This document shows positions 23,001-36,192 of a stretch of DNA of 44,238 nt, in pieces. Below the pieces are notes generated by a model that saw nothing but the letters and a program-made list of their open reading frames with translations, ran no database searches and was not told the origin of the DNA. The translations under genes and the position numbers were made by a program. Source of the stretch: Intoshia linei (taxonomy: Eukaryota; Animalia; Orthonectida); the NCBI GenBank assembly GCA_001642005.1, contig LWCA01000178.1, forward strand, positions 1 to 44,238, in the 5' to 3' direction. Position 1 is the first letter of the stretch. Each line of letters opens with the position of its first letter.

Positions 23001-25855
23001 ACTCACTCAAGTTTCGACCTCTATGACGACCTTTACCCTAATGATAAAAAACCTTATTTCACTGTAACAATATTTAAGTTGCTGTTTAAACTTTAACCCA
23101 CACATTTCGATACATATTATAATTGATTCTATTACACAACTTTATAACGAAAATTGAAAAATTATTTAAGTATTGTTGAATAGGTATATTTTATGTATTC
23201 AAATTTTTTGTAATTGTTTTGTAAATGCCTCATTTGATGAAGAATATTTGGGTTATAAATAGTTATACAGTGTTAAACACTGATAAATATAAGAACTTTA
23301 GTGCATTATTTATTTATTTTGGCATCTAACATTATAATTATAATTATTATACAAAACTATAATTCTGGGTTCCCGAGGATTTTTTGATATTTGATTTATG
23401 TATTTTTTTCTTCATGGTTTCACTGACACCAGTTATGAATAAGGATAAAAATGAAACACCTCTACAAAATTTGAAATAATTTAGTAACGACTGGTATCTG
23501 GTGGAATAATGGATTATTATTAATGTTAATGTATATTAACTGTGTAACTACCTTTAGTTTTACCAAATGTTGAAAATTTTAATGCGCTTAGAGAAGCTGA
23601 GTTGCGTTTGTATATTATATTATATTTGTATATTGCGTCTGTTTGGTATCTTTTTTCTGAGTCCGGCATTTCACGAATAAAAATATCAAATATTATCAAT
23701 TTACATTGACATTACATTTCAATAATTGCAATTTATGTCGTAAGACCACAAACAACCGTTATGTATTTATTAATAAAGTATTAAGTAATCAGAAGAATTA
23801 CATTATTTTGCATAATTTAATTTTTGCAAACTATTGATTTTACCATAAATGAAAAATTTAACTTGTATATGACACTGACCACCTAACTTTTAGCCTCAAA
23901 AAAAATCACGTAAAATAGATGCGTAAATTTTTTAATTCTCTCACCAATATCGGAATTAAGTAGTAGCAATTCTAATGATCCACAATGTAGAATCTACATT
24001 GTAGATTCTGCATAATAATATATATGTTTATGATAAAAAACAATATTAAAATGGCACAGTATCAGTATTTTCCATGTTTAATTTAAAGTAGAATTAATGT
24101 ACCTTTTTAAAAATAAATGCTAATATTTTGGTGTCCAGTGGCCATTCTATGAGAATGAATATTAAATGCTTTGTCGTAATATTTATTTTCTTGTTACAAT
24201 TGAACATAATAATAAGAGAAATCGATAATGGATTATAATAAAAATAATTGATGAAAACGAAAAAAATTTACCATACAATTTTTTTATTTTTGACACTTAT
24301 AATAACATGTAATATTTAATGGAAATTACTGAATGTTATTTTTTATTTCATGTTACAAAACGGGTTAAAAAACCTGCAAGTAATGTATATCTAGTAAATT
24401 AAATATTATATTATTTGATGTTGGATATTATTTAGCTATGTTAAGAAAAACCAATAAGATAACTGATGGAATATTGTAAAATTCAAATATCTGTTTATTA
24501 GTTTTGTTTTTGGCATGTAGCATGTACTCTTTTTAATTAAATTTTTAAAATTGGTAATACAAATTTGGTTGTAATTCTATTCTAATTTAATATAATTCTA
24601 ATATTAAAGAAACATTACATTTTGAATAATCCTTGTTTACCAATGTAAATTTGATGCTTCATATTTTCATACTTTCATTTTATATTTTTATAAATTTTAT
24701 GTTTATAATAAATAAAAAACCCTAGTTGCATAACTTACCATAATAATTTATCCAATTCATAAAAATGACAAGTTGTGATAAAAGTTTTACAGTAAAGGAC
24801 CTCGAGTAGTGGCTCACCATCTCACCATAGTCACATCATAAATATAAAAGTGTATATCATCATTATATTTAATTAGCTTGACTGTTATGTACTTTGTACA
24901 AATAGTAACTAGCTCTGCTGACGGCGGAACCAGGGCTAACTTTTTTAGTTTTACAAAAAAAATAAATTCAAATATAAAATCTTACATAAAAATGCTACTA
25001 TTCACTATTATCGTGTGGTTCCCAAACTTGAATACCACGCACAAGAGCCATCTTAAGCCACTTCGTGGCTCCAAGTTAATCCAAAAATTTGAAAAATGTT
25101 GGTTCATATTAAAAGTAATTTTTGACTGGGAATTATTTGCTTAGATTTCTATAGTTGAAATATTTTATCTAGATTAACTCAATATAAGGTGTAGTTTTGT
25201 TTTAAATTTTTAAGCTCTTTTAATTTTTAACAAAATTTCAATCTATGGTTTTGATGTGAAAATTTATTTTTTTGAGGTTGTGATATTTTTGATAATGTTT
25301 ATAATTTTAAAAACTATCCAAAAATGTATTATGATGTTTTATTTAATTATTATCCGGTTTAGCTCAATCATTCTCAAATTAAGTACAATGTCCAATTAAC
25401 ATTTTCCATATAAAAAAATGAAATCTACTAAACACGCTGCAAAGTTAAATCTTAACACCCACTTAATTTTCCACTGCTTAGTTTACACAAAACATTTGAC
25501 ACGTAGAATTAAGTTGTTTTTCTATATTTACTTTTTTTAAAATTTTAAAAACTTGAAAAATTAAAAAAATATTGGCCCCCATATTGGCTTTAAACGTTTC
25601 TTTTTTTGTTCTAGGACGAACAAATAATATTTTTAGTTGGTACCACATATGGTAAAATGTAAATTTTTATTGTCGGTATTTATCGATTAGTTGATAAACA
25701 AAGTTATATAAAAGTTTAGTGTATTAGGATTAAATCTAACGAAATTGTGTATTTTTATGATAAATATGTAAACTTGAACTAAGTACATTTTTAAGTTTAC
25801 ATATTTTATTTACACTACTTTCTAATTTGATTTCTAAATTTTATACTGATTTTAG

Positions 25856-28759
25856 GAACCAAATAAATGTGATTTGAAGGATGAAAAAGAAGGTAAAATT
25901 ACATTGAGAAAAGATGAATTGATTGGTGAGACTGTTGATGAAATCTTTACAGAAGAAAAAAATGTTGATATCAAGAATGATGAAAATGTTGACTTGAAAT
26001 TATCATTAGAAAAAAAGGAAAATGAGGTTAATATAATAAAATTGGAAACTGTCAAGTTTGTTTGTGATATTGATAAAATTACTGAATGTGGTGTAATATT
26101 CTTTAATTTTTTAACAGAAATTGGTTATTCACCTGATTTAATGAAAAATTTCTTAAAAGTTCCTCTTTTTTCAGAATTGGACAGTATTTTTTCATTAAAT
26201 ATTGATGGAAACGAATCTGTAAATGATACAAAAAGTTTTTTGAGGTTTATAAAATCTTTTTTAAACGATAAATTGAATACTGAATCTTTTGTACAGAAAA
26301 TCATGGAATGGTTTATTGAAAAGAGTAAAAAAAACGAAAAGGAAAAAATTGTGTATATAAAATCTAAATTTGGAAAAAATTGTGAAATTAAACATGAACG
26401 TTGTGAATTTAATATTAAAAAATATGAAATTGAAATTATTGAAATTTTACAAAAACTTGAATTGCCTTATGAAAATTCTGAACCCTCTAGTGTTGACGAG
26501 TTTAGGTGCATTATTATGTATGTAATATTTTTGATTGCTGTTAATATGAAAATGTTAAATTCAATGAGTCTAGTCTATGTTAAAATATGTGAACTTGTTT
26601 ATAAAACTAGTATTGATATACCGGTAGAGGAAATAGATTCATTGGAAATTGGTTTGGTTAATGATAGTGTTAAAATTATTGAACAAAGCAATTTAAAATA
26701 TTCACATAGACAGTTTATCGATTTAAGCTTATTAAATGAAAAAGACACAATTATTAAGCAGTTTGAATACCAAATTGCTTGTTTAGAGGGGGAAATTGAA
26801 TCGGTAAAATTAATTTCTAAAAATGAGTCTGATTCGTATAATAATGAGATTAAAGAATTGCAAATTAAATTTAAAAAACTGTACGATGAAAAATGTGATA
26901 TTGAATCAAAGTCTTTGAAAACTGAAACTAATTATTCTATGCTGCTTGATCAAGTCAAAAAAGTCGGTGATAAATTAAAATCTGAAAAAAAAGACAAGGA
27001 AAATCTGATTAATGAGGCTATAAGTAAAAAAATTCGTCATTATGACGAGAAAACTTTAAAGTTGGAACAATATATACAAACATTGGAAAATGAAACTTGT
27101 GGTAGTAGAGAAAAAATTTTAAAACTGGAAACCGACCTTAAAAATACTCAAAATGGATATGAAGCCACCACGAAAAGGCTTAAGAGGCATATGGTTTTAC
27201 TGGAAGAGGATTATTCCAGTCAACTTTTGGATTTACGACAAGAATATGAAAAAAATAACATTAATTTTAACCAAGTCAATAAAGAAAAGTAATTTTTAAT
27301 ATTGTAATATTTTAAAATTTGATAATTATTATTATTTCCAGAGTACAATTAAAAACAGAGTTGATGAATAAATGCCTGGAAAGTGAATCTTTAAAAGTTG
27401 ATAATGATGCTATAAAAATGAAACATTCCAAGGAACAAGCTAATTGCAACATTTTAACCAAACAAAATAATACCCTTAAGGCAATTATTGATCAATTACA
27501 AAATGGTAATAATTAAAATTTTCATTATGCAAGTTCCCCTTTATAATCAATATTTTAATAGAAAAGGAAAATAAAATTGAAAATGAACATAGTTATTTTG
27601 AAAATAAAATTAAATTAATCGAGGACGATAAAAATAATTTAAAGAAAAATTGTGATGAAATTAAGGCAAGTGTTTTTTTATTTATCAACAATTAATTTAG
27701 GCCCAGAATATTATACTGAAGGATAAAATTTCTTTGTTTGTGGAACAAGACAAACAAATTACAGATTGTCGTAAAACTATAGACGTACTGAATGATAAAC
27801 GTAATTTTTTTATAAAAAAAATTGGTTAAAACTTATTTTTACTACTTATGGGCATCTAAATATGAGTATTTTTTATTAATGTTAAGTCCAACATTGATTA
27901 AGAGTACTCATATATATTTGTCTCGCAATTATTACTATTTTTATTGGTTTTTTGAATAAAAATATACATTTATTTTGCAATTATTTATTCTTTACTTTTT
28001 AGTTGCAAAATTTGAAATCACCAACCAATCCAATTCAAACACCATTGACAAGTAAATTTACTTTTTCATTTATTCATTTTTTTGTTTATTTAGAGATTTA
28101 ATTAAAAATTTAATATTAAACTATTTCACTTCAGGACAAAGTGAAAAAATTAATGTTTTAAAAGTTATTGAAAATGTATTATCTTTTGAAGGAGATTCCA
28201 AGATGAAGGTAAATTTTTTTACTTGAGTACCTAATGTAGGGTAAAAAATATTTTTTCTTATTTTTTATCATATAAGTTACTATCGAACTACGGCCCGTTT
28301 TATTTTTTTAAAATTAAAATTTTATGATCATTGATCAGTTTTTAATTAAATGTAGAAAATACTGATACACTGTATGACACCATTTTCATGTTACGATTTA
28401 TGACATCATATTTAGACTATTATAAAATTTATGTAATAAGTCCTGATTTAATTTTATCTTGGTTGAGGTGGTAATCGTGATTAGTATACTTTGCTAATTG
28501 TCGTATACGGTAGAACATTTAACTCAGACTCTGGGTTCCTATACATTAATGATTACAGTTTCTAAATGTCAATTTGGTATATTTAAATGTTTAATGGTAC
28601 AATGTACATTTCATTAATGATTCACTAATTTTTAGTGGAGATCTGTTACTGGCATAGATATTTCTTCCAAAGAGGTTAGTTTTTTACTTTTTAGTTTAAA
28701 ATTTGTTTTAGAGTTTATCGAAAGAATATATTTCATTTTTGGAAAAAGAATCTAGTTAA
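25856..28759 (+). CDS. TRIP11: GMAP-210/TRIP11-like golgin (coiled coil, GRAB domain, GA1 motif); at least 683 aa, 5' exon(s) not fixed
   Basis: Exons 25856-27288, 27342-27505, 27562-27665, 27701-27800, 28003-28051, 28094-28208, 28636-28674 and 28712-28759 total 2052 nt. A long E/K-rich coiled coil is followed by IDKDLIKNLILNYFTSGQSEKINVLKVIENVLSF (GRAB-like) and SLSKEYISFLEKESS* (GA1-like). A candidate first exon is 24765-24791 (MTSCDKSFT), unverified. Confidence 0.8.
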
Positions 28760-29454
28760 ACAATACTTGTTTTAAATTTTTCATTAAATTATTTTATATT
28801 ACTTTTTAAATTAACTAAAAAAGTTGATGAAACGAAATATCTTTACTCATGGAAAGTCATTTGCTAAAAATGTGTGTCTTCCTGTTTGTAAAACATTCAT
28901 TTAAAAAAATGAGACTAGAAATTAAAAAAACATAAATTTTGAGTCAAGTTTTATCCGGTCAACATTCAATTGAACCATGTATTGTTAGAGCGAAATAATC
29001 ATGAATTTTGCCAATTAATCACATTGACTTTTCGATCAAATTTATAAATTATAGGGAATATTTTTAACTTTTTAAAGGATCTTTAAAAATTTCTTACAAA
29101 CCTTATAAAATTTTCTAAAAAAAAAAAAAAGAAATTTGTGGTCCCTGGTCAATTGGGTTCAAAATTATATTCCTGAGGTCCGTGAGATTCAAATAAAATA
29201 TGAAAATAATTAAATCACCTTGTGTTCATTTTTAGAAGAGAATTTTTAATAAATATGAGTTTCCAGATGTTAGTAATTTATTAGAAAGACGAAAGACGAT
29301 AGCTACATTATTATTTCAAAAATCCCCTTTAATCCACCATTAATAAAATTTAATAAAAAATACCATTTCACACCCTCAGGAAAAAATCAAAATTACAATT
29401 ACATCTTTTCTGTCTATATTCCAATTTTGCCAATTAAAAAATTATTATTATTAT

Positions 29455-31045
29455 TAGAAATTTTATAAAGTCCACACTTCAATTACAGTTTTTTCCGAGA
29501 CGTATAATAAGATAAATTTCAACCTCTCTAATTCACATCTTAAGAGTGAAAACTCCCATTGTCATTTTTTTTGAAAATCAACCGAGTTGGAGAATTTAAA
29601 AAAATTATATCTTCAGGGCCAAAACCATAAATTACCCTTTTTTTTTAATAAAAACAGCCCTAGAATTTAAAAGAATGTACAGGTGGTACAGTTGTATCCT
29701 GTTAACACACACAAAAAATTTCAATCCGAATAGTACAGTTGTATCCTGTTAACACACATAAAAAATTTCAATCCGAATAAGTGACGACCTTCACTGTCAA
29801 AAACATTTTTAGTATTTATATATTATTTTTCCAAAATATTTTATTAAAACAAAAAATGTGAAATAATTAATGGTCCGAAAATTAAAAAAAGAGATTATTC
29901 TAATAGAACCTATTCCAGTTGATATAAATACAAAATTTCAACCCGAGAAATCTACGCATTCACGATGAAAATTAATTTTTAATATATTATCAACCAATAT
30001 TTTTAAAATATTTCGATTAACAAATTGTAAAATGTAAAATAAAAATTGAAAATGTAAATATTAATCCTACAATTTCAAAAAAAAATTGTGTATTGAATGT
30101 CTACACATTTCCAATAAAGAAATATAGGTGAAAATCTATATAATTCATTCCTTCGGACTTTTAAATTTCAAATTCTCATTTTCAAATCATTTTGTATAAA
30201 TTTTAAATTATAATACTACAGAAACGATTTTATAAAAGTTTTGATACTAACTTATAGACGTGTTATTTTTTTAATTATAATTGTTAAATTTAACATAAAA
30301 TGGAAAAAAGAAAAGTGACATTCAGAAGCAAACAGGCCATAAAGGTGAAGATGAGGCGTCTCAATGATTCATCACATTGAAAATAACAAAATAGGTTTTT
30401 ATAATTTTATTTTTTTCTGGCATTTATGACAANATTTATTCTAATAGAGCTTATTCCAGTTGATATAAATACAAAATTTCAATTCCAGAAATCTACGCAT
30501 TCATGGTCACTAATAATTTTTAATATATTATCAACCAATATTTTTCAAATATTTCNTTTTAAAGACCACATTTCAATTACACTTTTTTCCGGGACGTATA
30601 ATAAGATACATTTTAACCTCCCAATTTCACAACTTACGTGTCAAAAACTTCAGTTGTCCCTCTTTTAAAAATTAAAGGAGTTGGAGAATATAAAAAAATA
30701 TATGCTGATGCGGATTTTAAAATCATAAACATTATCATAAATTTTAATTTAAAAAAATTATATCTTAAGGACCAAAACCCCAAATTACCCTTCTTTTTTT
30801 ATGAAAACAGCCCTAGAATTTCAAAAAATTTACAGGTAGTACAGTTGTATCCTGTTAACACACATAAAAAATTTCAATCCGAATAAGTGACGACCTTCAC
30901 AGTCAAAAAAGCATTTCAGTATTCATATATTTTTTTTCCGAAATATTTTATTAAAACAAAAAATGTAAAATAATTAACGGTCCCATTAAAAAAAAAGAAG
31001 AGATTATTTTCATAGAGCTTATTTCAGTTGATATAAATACAAAAT
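29455..31045 (+). repeat. Cluster of partial copies of the Helitron-like family, with single-N gaps at 30433 and 30557
   Basis: Near-colinear matches to 7815-8670 (e.g. CAATTACAGTTTTTTCCG, AAACAGCCCTAGAATTT, CAATCCGAATAAGTGACGAC, GAAATCTACGCATTC), repeated two to three times. A ~47-bp tandem duplication lies at ~29686-29779. Confidence 0.85.
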
Positions 31046-32089
31046 AATTAAATCATAAAAAATACATAACAAAAATGTGCAAAAATAAATATGTTTATAT
31101 TTTGTTATAAAAATAAAAATGGTCGCAAGTCTGACATGACCGGTATAAACTACATCAGTGCAATATATAATTAAAATTATTTATAATCATAACTTTTATG
31201 ATATAGATTGGAGTTATCGCAATAAATGTTATTGGTGATAGAATTAAAAAGAATTATGTAATTTGATTTATTTATATAACGTTATTAACACTATGCGTAT
31301 GGTAACATTTGAAAATTTTAGCATTTCGATATTTTCTCTACAACTTTTAACTCTCGAAAAGTGATCATTTTTTTGGGCAAGTGGTCACTTTTAGGAAGGT
31401 GGTCATTTTTCCACTAAAGTTAAAATTACAATATCAATGTGGTTACTGTTTTAATTAACATGTAAATAACTTGTAAACTAATATATTAATATTTAACAAT
31501 AAAATGAACAAAATATATATTGATGAATTAATCTACGAATAATATTTATTAGGCGTCCCCGGAAATATATCAGAAATAAGATGATATTTGTAACATTAAC
31601 ATTTATATTTATGTTTTTATAATAATGTAAATTTATTAATCATATAACTATTGAAATGAGAGCCAAAAAAAATATGATCTAGGTTTTTCTAACACCATAA
31701 ATAGACCCTAGCCATCTCTCCACATATTTGGATTTTATTATCTATACTAGATTATAAGTTTAAATTTGACTGAAAATACAGTTAGATATTAAAAAATATG
31801 AGTTTTTTAAATGATAAATTTAGAAAAATGATGTGTTTTTGAGGTAAGGTAGTTTTTGTTTTCATTGATATTTTTAGTGGTCACTTTTCGATCGTCAATG
31901 TACTGCATATACAGTAGACAACACGCATAGTTATAATAATAATATCAATTTATAATATGAAATTACATTTATAACAGACTTGTGTAATTACATTAGTCTT
32001 TAATAAAGAGCAAACTTTTGTTTAAAAGGGTATATAATTAAAATATATTAATTATAATTTCTTCAAAAAAATTTAACCTTTTATTATTN

Positions 32090-32525
32090 ACACACACAAA
32101 AAATTTCAATCTGAATAAGTGACGCCTTCATGATGAAAAAAGCATTTTAGTTTTCATATACTTTTTTTCCGATATATTTTATTAAAACAAAAAATGTGAA
32201 ATAATTAACGGTCCGAAAATTATAAAAAAAAATTATTCTGGTAGAGCTTATTCCAGTTGATATAAATACAAAAGTTCAACTTCGAGAAATCTACGCATTC
32301 CCGATGAAAAATAATTTTTAATATATTATCAACCAATATTTTTCAAATAATTCGATTAAAATAACTAATTGAAAATGTAAATATTGATCCTACAATTTCA
32401 AAAAAAATTTACAGTGAACGTCTACACATTTCCAATAAAGAAATATGGGTGAAAATCTATATAATTCATTCTTTCGGAATTTTTTTTATTGCTACGCAAT
32501 TTTCAAATTTTAAATTCTCATTTTC
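32090..32525 (+). repeat. Partial copy of the Helitron-like family, starting immediately after the N at 32089
   Basis: Matches 8090-8480 and 29750-30185. Confidence 0.85.
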
Positions 32526-32645
32526 TTCCTATTTGTGGTTGATAAAATTGATTTACTTTAGTGTTAATAATTGATATTATCTACAGTTGACTTTGTAAAA
32601 TAATTTTTATAAAATAATTTTAATGTTAAAATAATATTCAAATAG

Positions 32646-35600
32646 ATATTTACATACCCATCTAAACGACTTTGGGCAAATTGCAAAATTATTTGATCAT
32701 ATAAAACCCATTTACCTGGTTTACGCTGTCGGTGAAAGAAGTGAAGCATTGCGATGTGTAGTTGGTCATTCTCAACAAAACAATAAAAATGTAATGATAC
32801 ATTATTGTTACGGGAAATTAGAATTAAATATACTAGAGACTTTAGTAAACAAAGCCAAACGAGAGGTAGTAAAGAAAATATAAATAAAATAAACGTTTTA
32901 GAATTCTTGGTTAGTTTTAGTAGATTACGTTAATAATTATGAAACCGATAACATTATGAAACATCATTTGCAATCCGTAGCTTCTGTTCGTCAATTAAGT
33001 GCTATAACATTAAGCAGCTCATTCAATACAAACGATGAATTGCCATTTTTAATTTGGTGCATTGTATCTGATGAAACATTTATCAAAGAAAAGATTCATT
33101 TTCAGACGAATATTTTTATTCATATTGAAAATTCTTGTCAGGTGGATTTTTTTAAAAATATTTTACAATATATTATATATTTTTTAGAATTTTATTGAAA
33201 ATATTTTAAATATTGTGGATTATGTTGAACCTAGTCTTTATACGCAGATGCGAAAAATAGATTGTGGGTCTTTATTACATAATGTTGCATATCTGTATGC
33301 TGTTATAAAGTCTAGATGTCTTTTGACTATGGGAAGTTGGATATGTAAAGATAAAATGAATCTCATGGGATATACGTGCATTACAGTATTCACAATTATT
33401 TATAGTATTATATTATTAATATATATTATTAGCAAATTGTTCAAGCATTTAAGGATGGTATTCAACCAACGTCTGGAGACGTTCAATCTGCGTCAACTAG
33501 TAATAGCCATAAAAATATCACAATTAGTAAATTGAAAAATATATTATTTGAGGTTTATTTTATAGTTTTTTTTTAATTTTTAATAGCTTATTTTTTCAAC
33601 CTACATTACAAACGCTCATGATAAAAACTGCTTGAATGCACTCATTGATTATTGGTTATCTCAAAATGCTCTCAAAAAAGATGTCGATATTGGAAAAGGT
33701 ATGATATATTTTTAACTTTTTATTCATTTTTAAATTTAGAAAAATATAAAATATCTCAATTAAATTTAAATTCTACTGCTAGATTGACCAATGTTTGTCA
33801 AAACATATTAAAGCATTCCATGTTTTTGTTAAACGGTGGAGAGGCATGCAACATTTATTCTTGTCCAGAGGTTTCTTAATATAAAAATAATTTTCATTAT
33901 AAAAGAAATTTTTATCATTATTAATTAAAGTTAATAACTATTAACTTTAAAATATTACAATTTTATTGTTGCCCTGTAGAGTTGTTTTACACGGCATTAC
34001 TTTTATGTGCGTTTATTTTTAAAAGTTGCAACACTCATCAATAATAAAATAGTTATCTTATTTTTTTAGACATTAAATGGCTACGATCAATACGTTTTTA
34101 CTAGACTTAATTTTCTTTTTGATAAATTGAATGAATCAACTATATTACATGTTTCAAATCAGGATTGCACTTTACTGTCTAATGGTAATTTTATAAATCA
34201 TAAAAATAATAAAATAATAATATCCATTTTTTTAATAGTAAGCCCAAAATCAAATATATCTTATAAATCAAATAATGAAAGAATTATTAACCGTGGAATA
34301 TATTCTTCTGCTGTTTATGCTGTTTACCGAAATCGTAAAATGATTGATTTTGCAGATATTGCCTCAACTGCAATAAATAAACTACCTAGAGTTTATGGCA
34401 AGGTATCGATTTATTTTTTAATATATTTGTACATGCAGTATTAATTTTCATTTTTCATTTTTAATATTTTGTTAGGATTACATTAGCGAAAAATCAAAAA
34501 GAAGTAATTCTAGTCCTGCTTTTACTGCATTTATTATAAATGAATTGCTACAATTATATGAAAAAATTAGTGAAATAAAAAGTGATCTTTTGGTATGGTT
34601 TATATACATTATTGTAAATTGTGCATTTTAAATTATGCAAAATTTTTGTACAGACTAATTGCTATTTAACGGAATTCCTCGATAACGGAAAAAAATCCTG
34701 ATTAACGGACTCTGAATTTTTCTAAAGTACAAAAATTCCGTTAAATTTTAAGTTAAAATGAAATTTTAGTTATAATATAGCTTTCTTATTTGGTTAAAGA
34801 TAAATTAGCCTGTATTTATTTTACTTTTTAAAAACGTGATAATTTTTGTGAATGGAACAAACATTGATAAATATCGAAACCTCGTAATAATTATTATTTA
34901 TTTATTATTATCAACTTTAGAGACTAAAATCAATCTGTGAAGAGGATGTTGTCGTAGAATATGTGTCTGATTCAATAATTGAGATAGCTTCTGAATTATC
35001 AAGTAACGTTTTACCCAATAAATGGAGAAAATTGTTTGGGCGTTGTGCACCTATACCAACTCTATCTCTAAACAATTGGACATCAGAATTAAGCTCTAAA
35101 TGTACTCATTTGGAAAGAGTTTTGATAAATGTTATTTTTTTATTATTAATCAATAATATCAAACCTGTGTAACGATTATTTTAGGGTTTTGAAAAAATGC
35201 CTTCTTTTCTTCTTAGTGCTTTTTTGAATCCATCAAAATTTTTATCATTTGTTTCTTTGCGGTATGCTGGTGTAAATTCAAACGATGTATCCGTATTGAC
35301 ATCTGAAGTCACCTATCGCGAAAAAGAACACGTAATTATTTAATAATAATATTTACAACATTTTATTTAGGTCAGAGATCCACCGCCGGATGGTATATTT
35401 TTGCACGGGTTTTTCGTTTGGAATTGCACTTGGGATAAAGTGAATTGCGAAATTATTGATCATATTAGTGAGAACGGTTTCGTTCAACTACCGGTTGTAA
35501 ATGTGACACTTGGTACATCTAAAATAGACAAACAAGATAATTTACCTGGCGATGCAGTTACAATGCTACGCAATGAAATTTATTCTTGTCCTGTATACTA

Positions 35601-35712
35601 TTCATATTACAATCGAAAAGAACCAATCATGAAAATTGATATGAAACGAGATGGAATTCCTGCCAGTCGATGGAATTTACGTAATGTCGTTGTCACTTTA
35701 AAACCATATTGA
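32646..35712 (+). CDS. Divergent dynein heavy chain, C-terminal ~705 codons only (AAA6, lid and C-terminal domain); 5'-partial
   Basis: Exons 32646-32865, 32902-33141, 33188-33385, 33433-33552, 33587-33698, 33740-33870, 34070-34184, 34239-34402, 34476-34592, 34921-35130, 35185-35331 and 35371-35712 are all phase-compatible. Motifs in the expected order: KPIYLVY, LVNKAKRENSWLVL, SLLHNVAYLYAVIKSR, ITNAHDKNCLNALIDYWL, NVLPNKW, SLNNW, LSAFLNPSKFLS, PPPDGIFLHGFFVWNCTWD, YSCPVY, RWNLRNV. Confidence 0.85.
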
Positions 35713-36192
35713 TTTGTATTTACATTTATTAAATTTATTTATATGAAATTTTCGAAGTTTAGGACTTGAAATTCCTAATCCAAACCAGCGCGCATCATCA
35801 TTTTAAAAAGTTTGATAATCAGTCAAAAGTTTTGACTCAAAACTGATCAAAGGTTTATTCGTGTGTAATTTTTTGTAGATGCTTAAAGAAGCTAGGCCTA
35901 AAATAACTCTCTATGTCAGAATACTATAATATGTATAATATACATATTCAATTCTGAGCAAAAACCAAACCAAATAACCCTTTTTTAACAGTTTGAAAAC
36001 CATAAATACTATATAAATACACAGGTTAATGTGTTAAAAATTAAAATTCCGTTAATTACATGTTTCATATTTTAATATACTTTATAGACCACGTCGTTTC
36101 TATTTTTTCGATTAATTAAGTGCAATTAGTGAATATACATTAATGATGTTTTATACATTTTATTATATTTGCAATACAAAATATTTAAGTGG

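Noticed and set aside
29686-29779. Direct repeat considered as a CRISPR-like array
   Set aside because: It is two abutting ~47-bp units with no spacers, inside a eukaryotic transposon; a simple tandem duplication.
30426-30886. ORFs 30426-30668 and 30638-30886
   Set aside because: They lie inside the multi-copy Helitron-like repeat, the first spans Ns, and the frames are not preserved in other copies.
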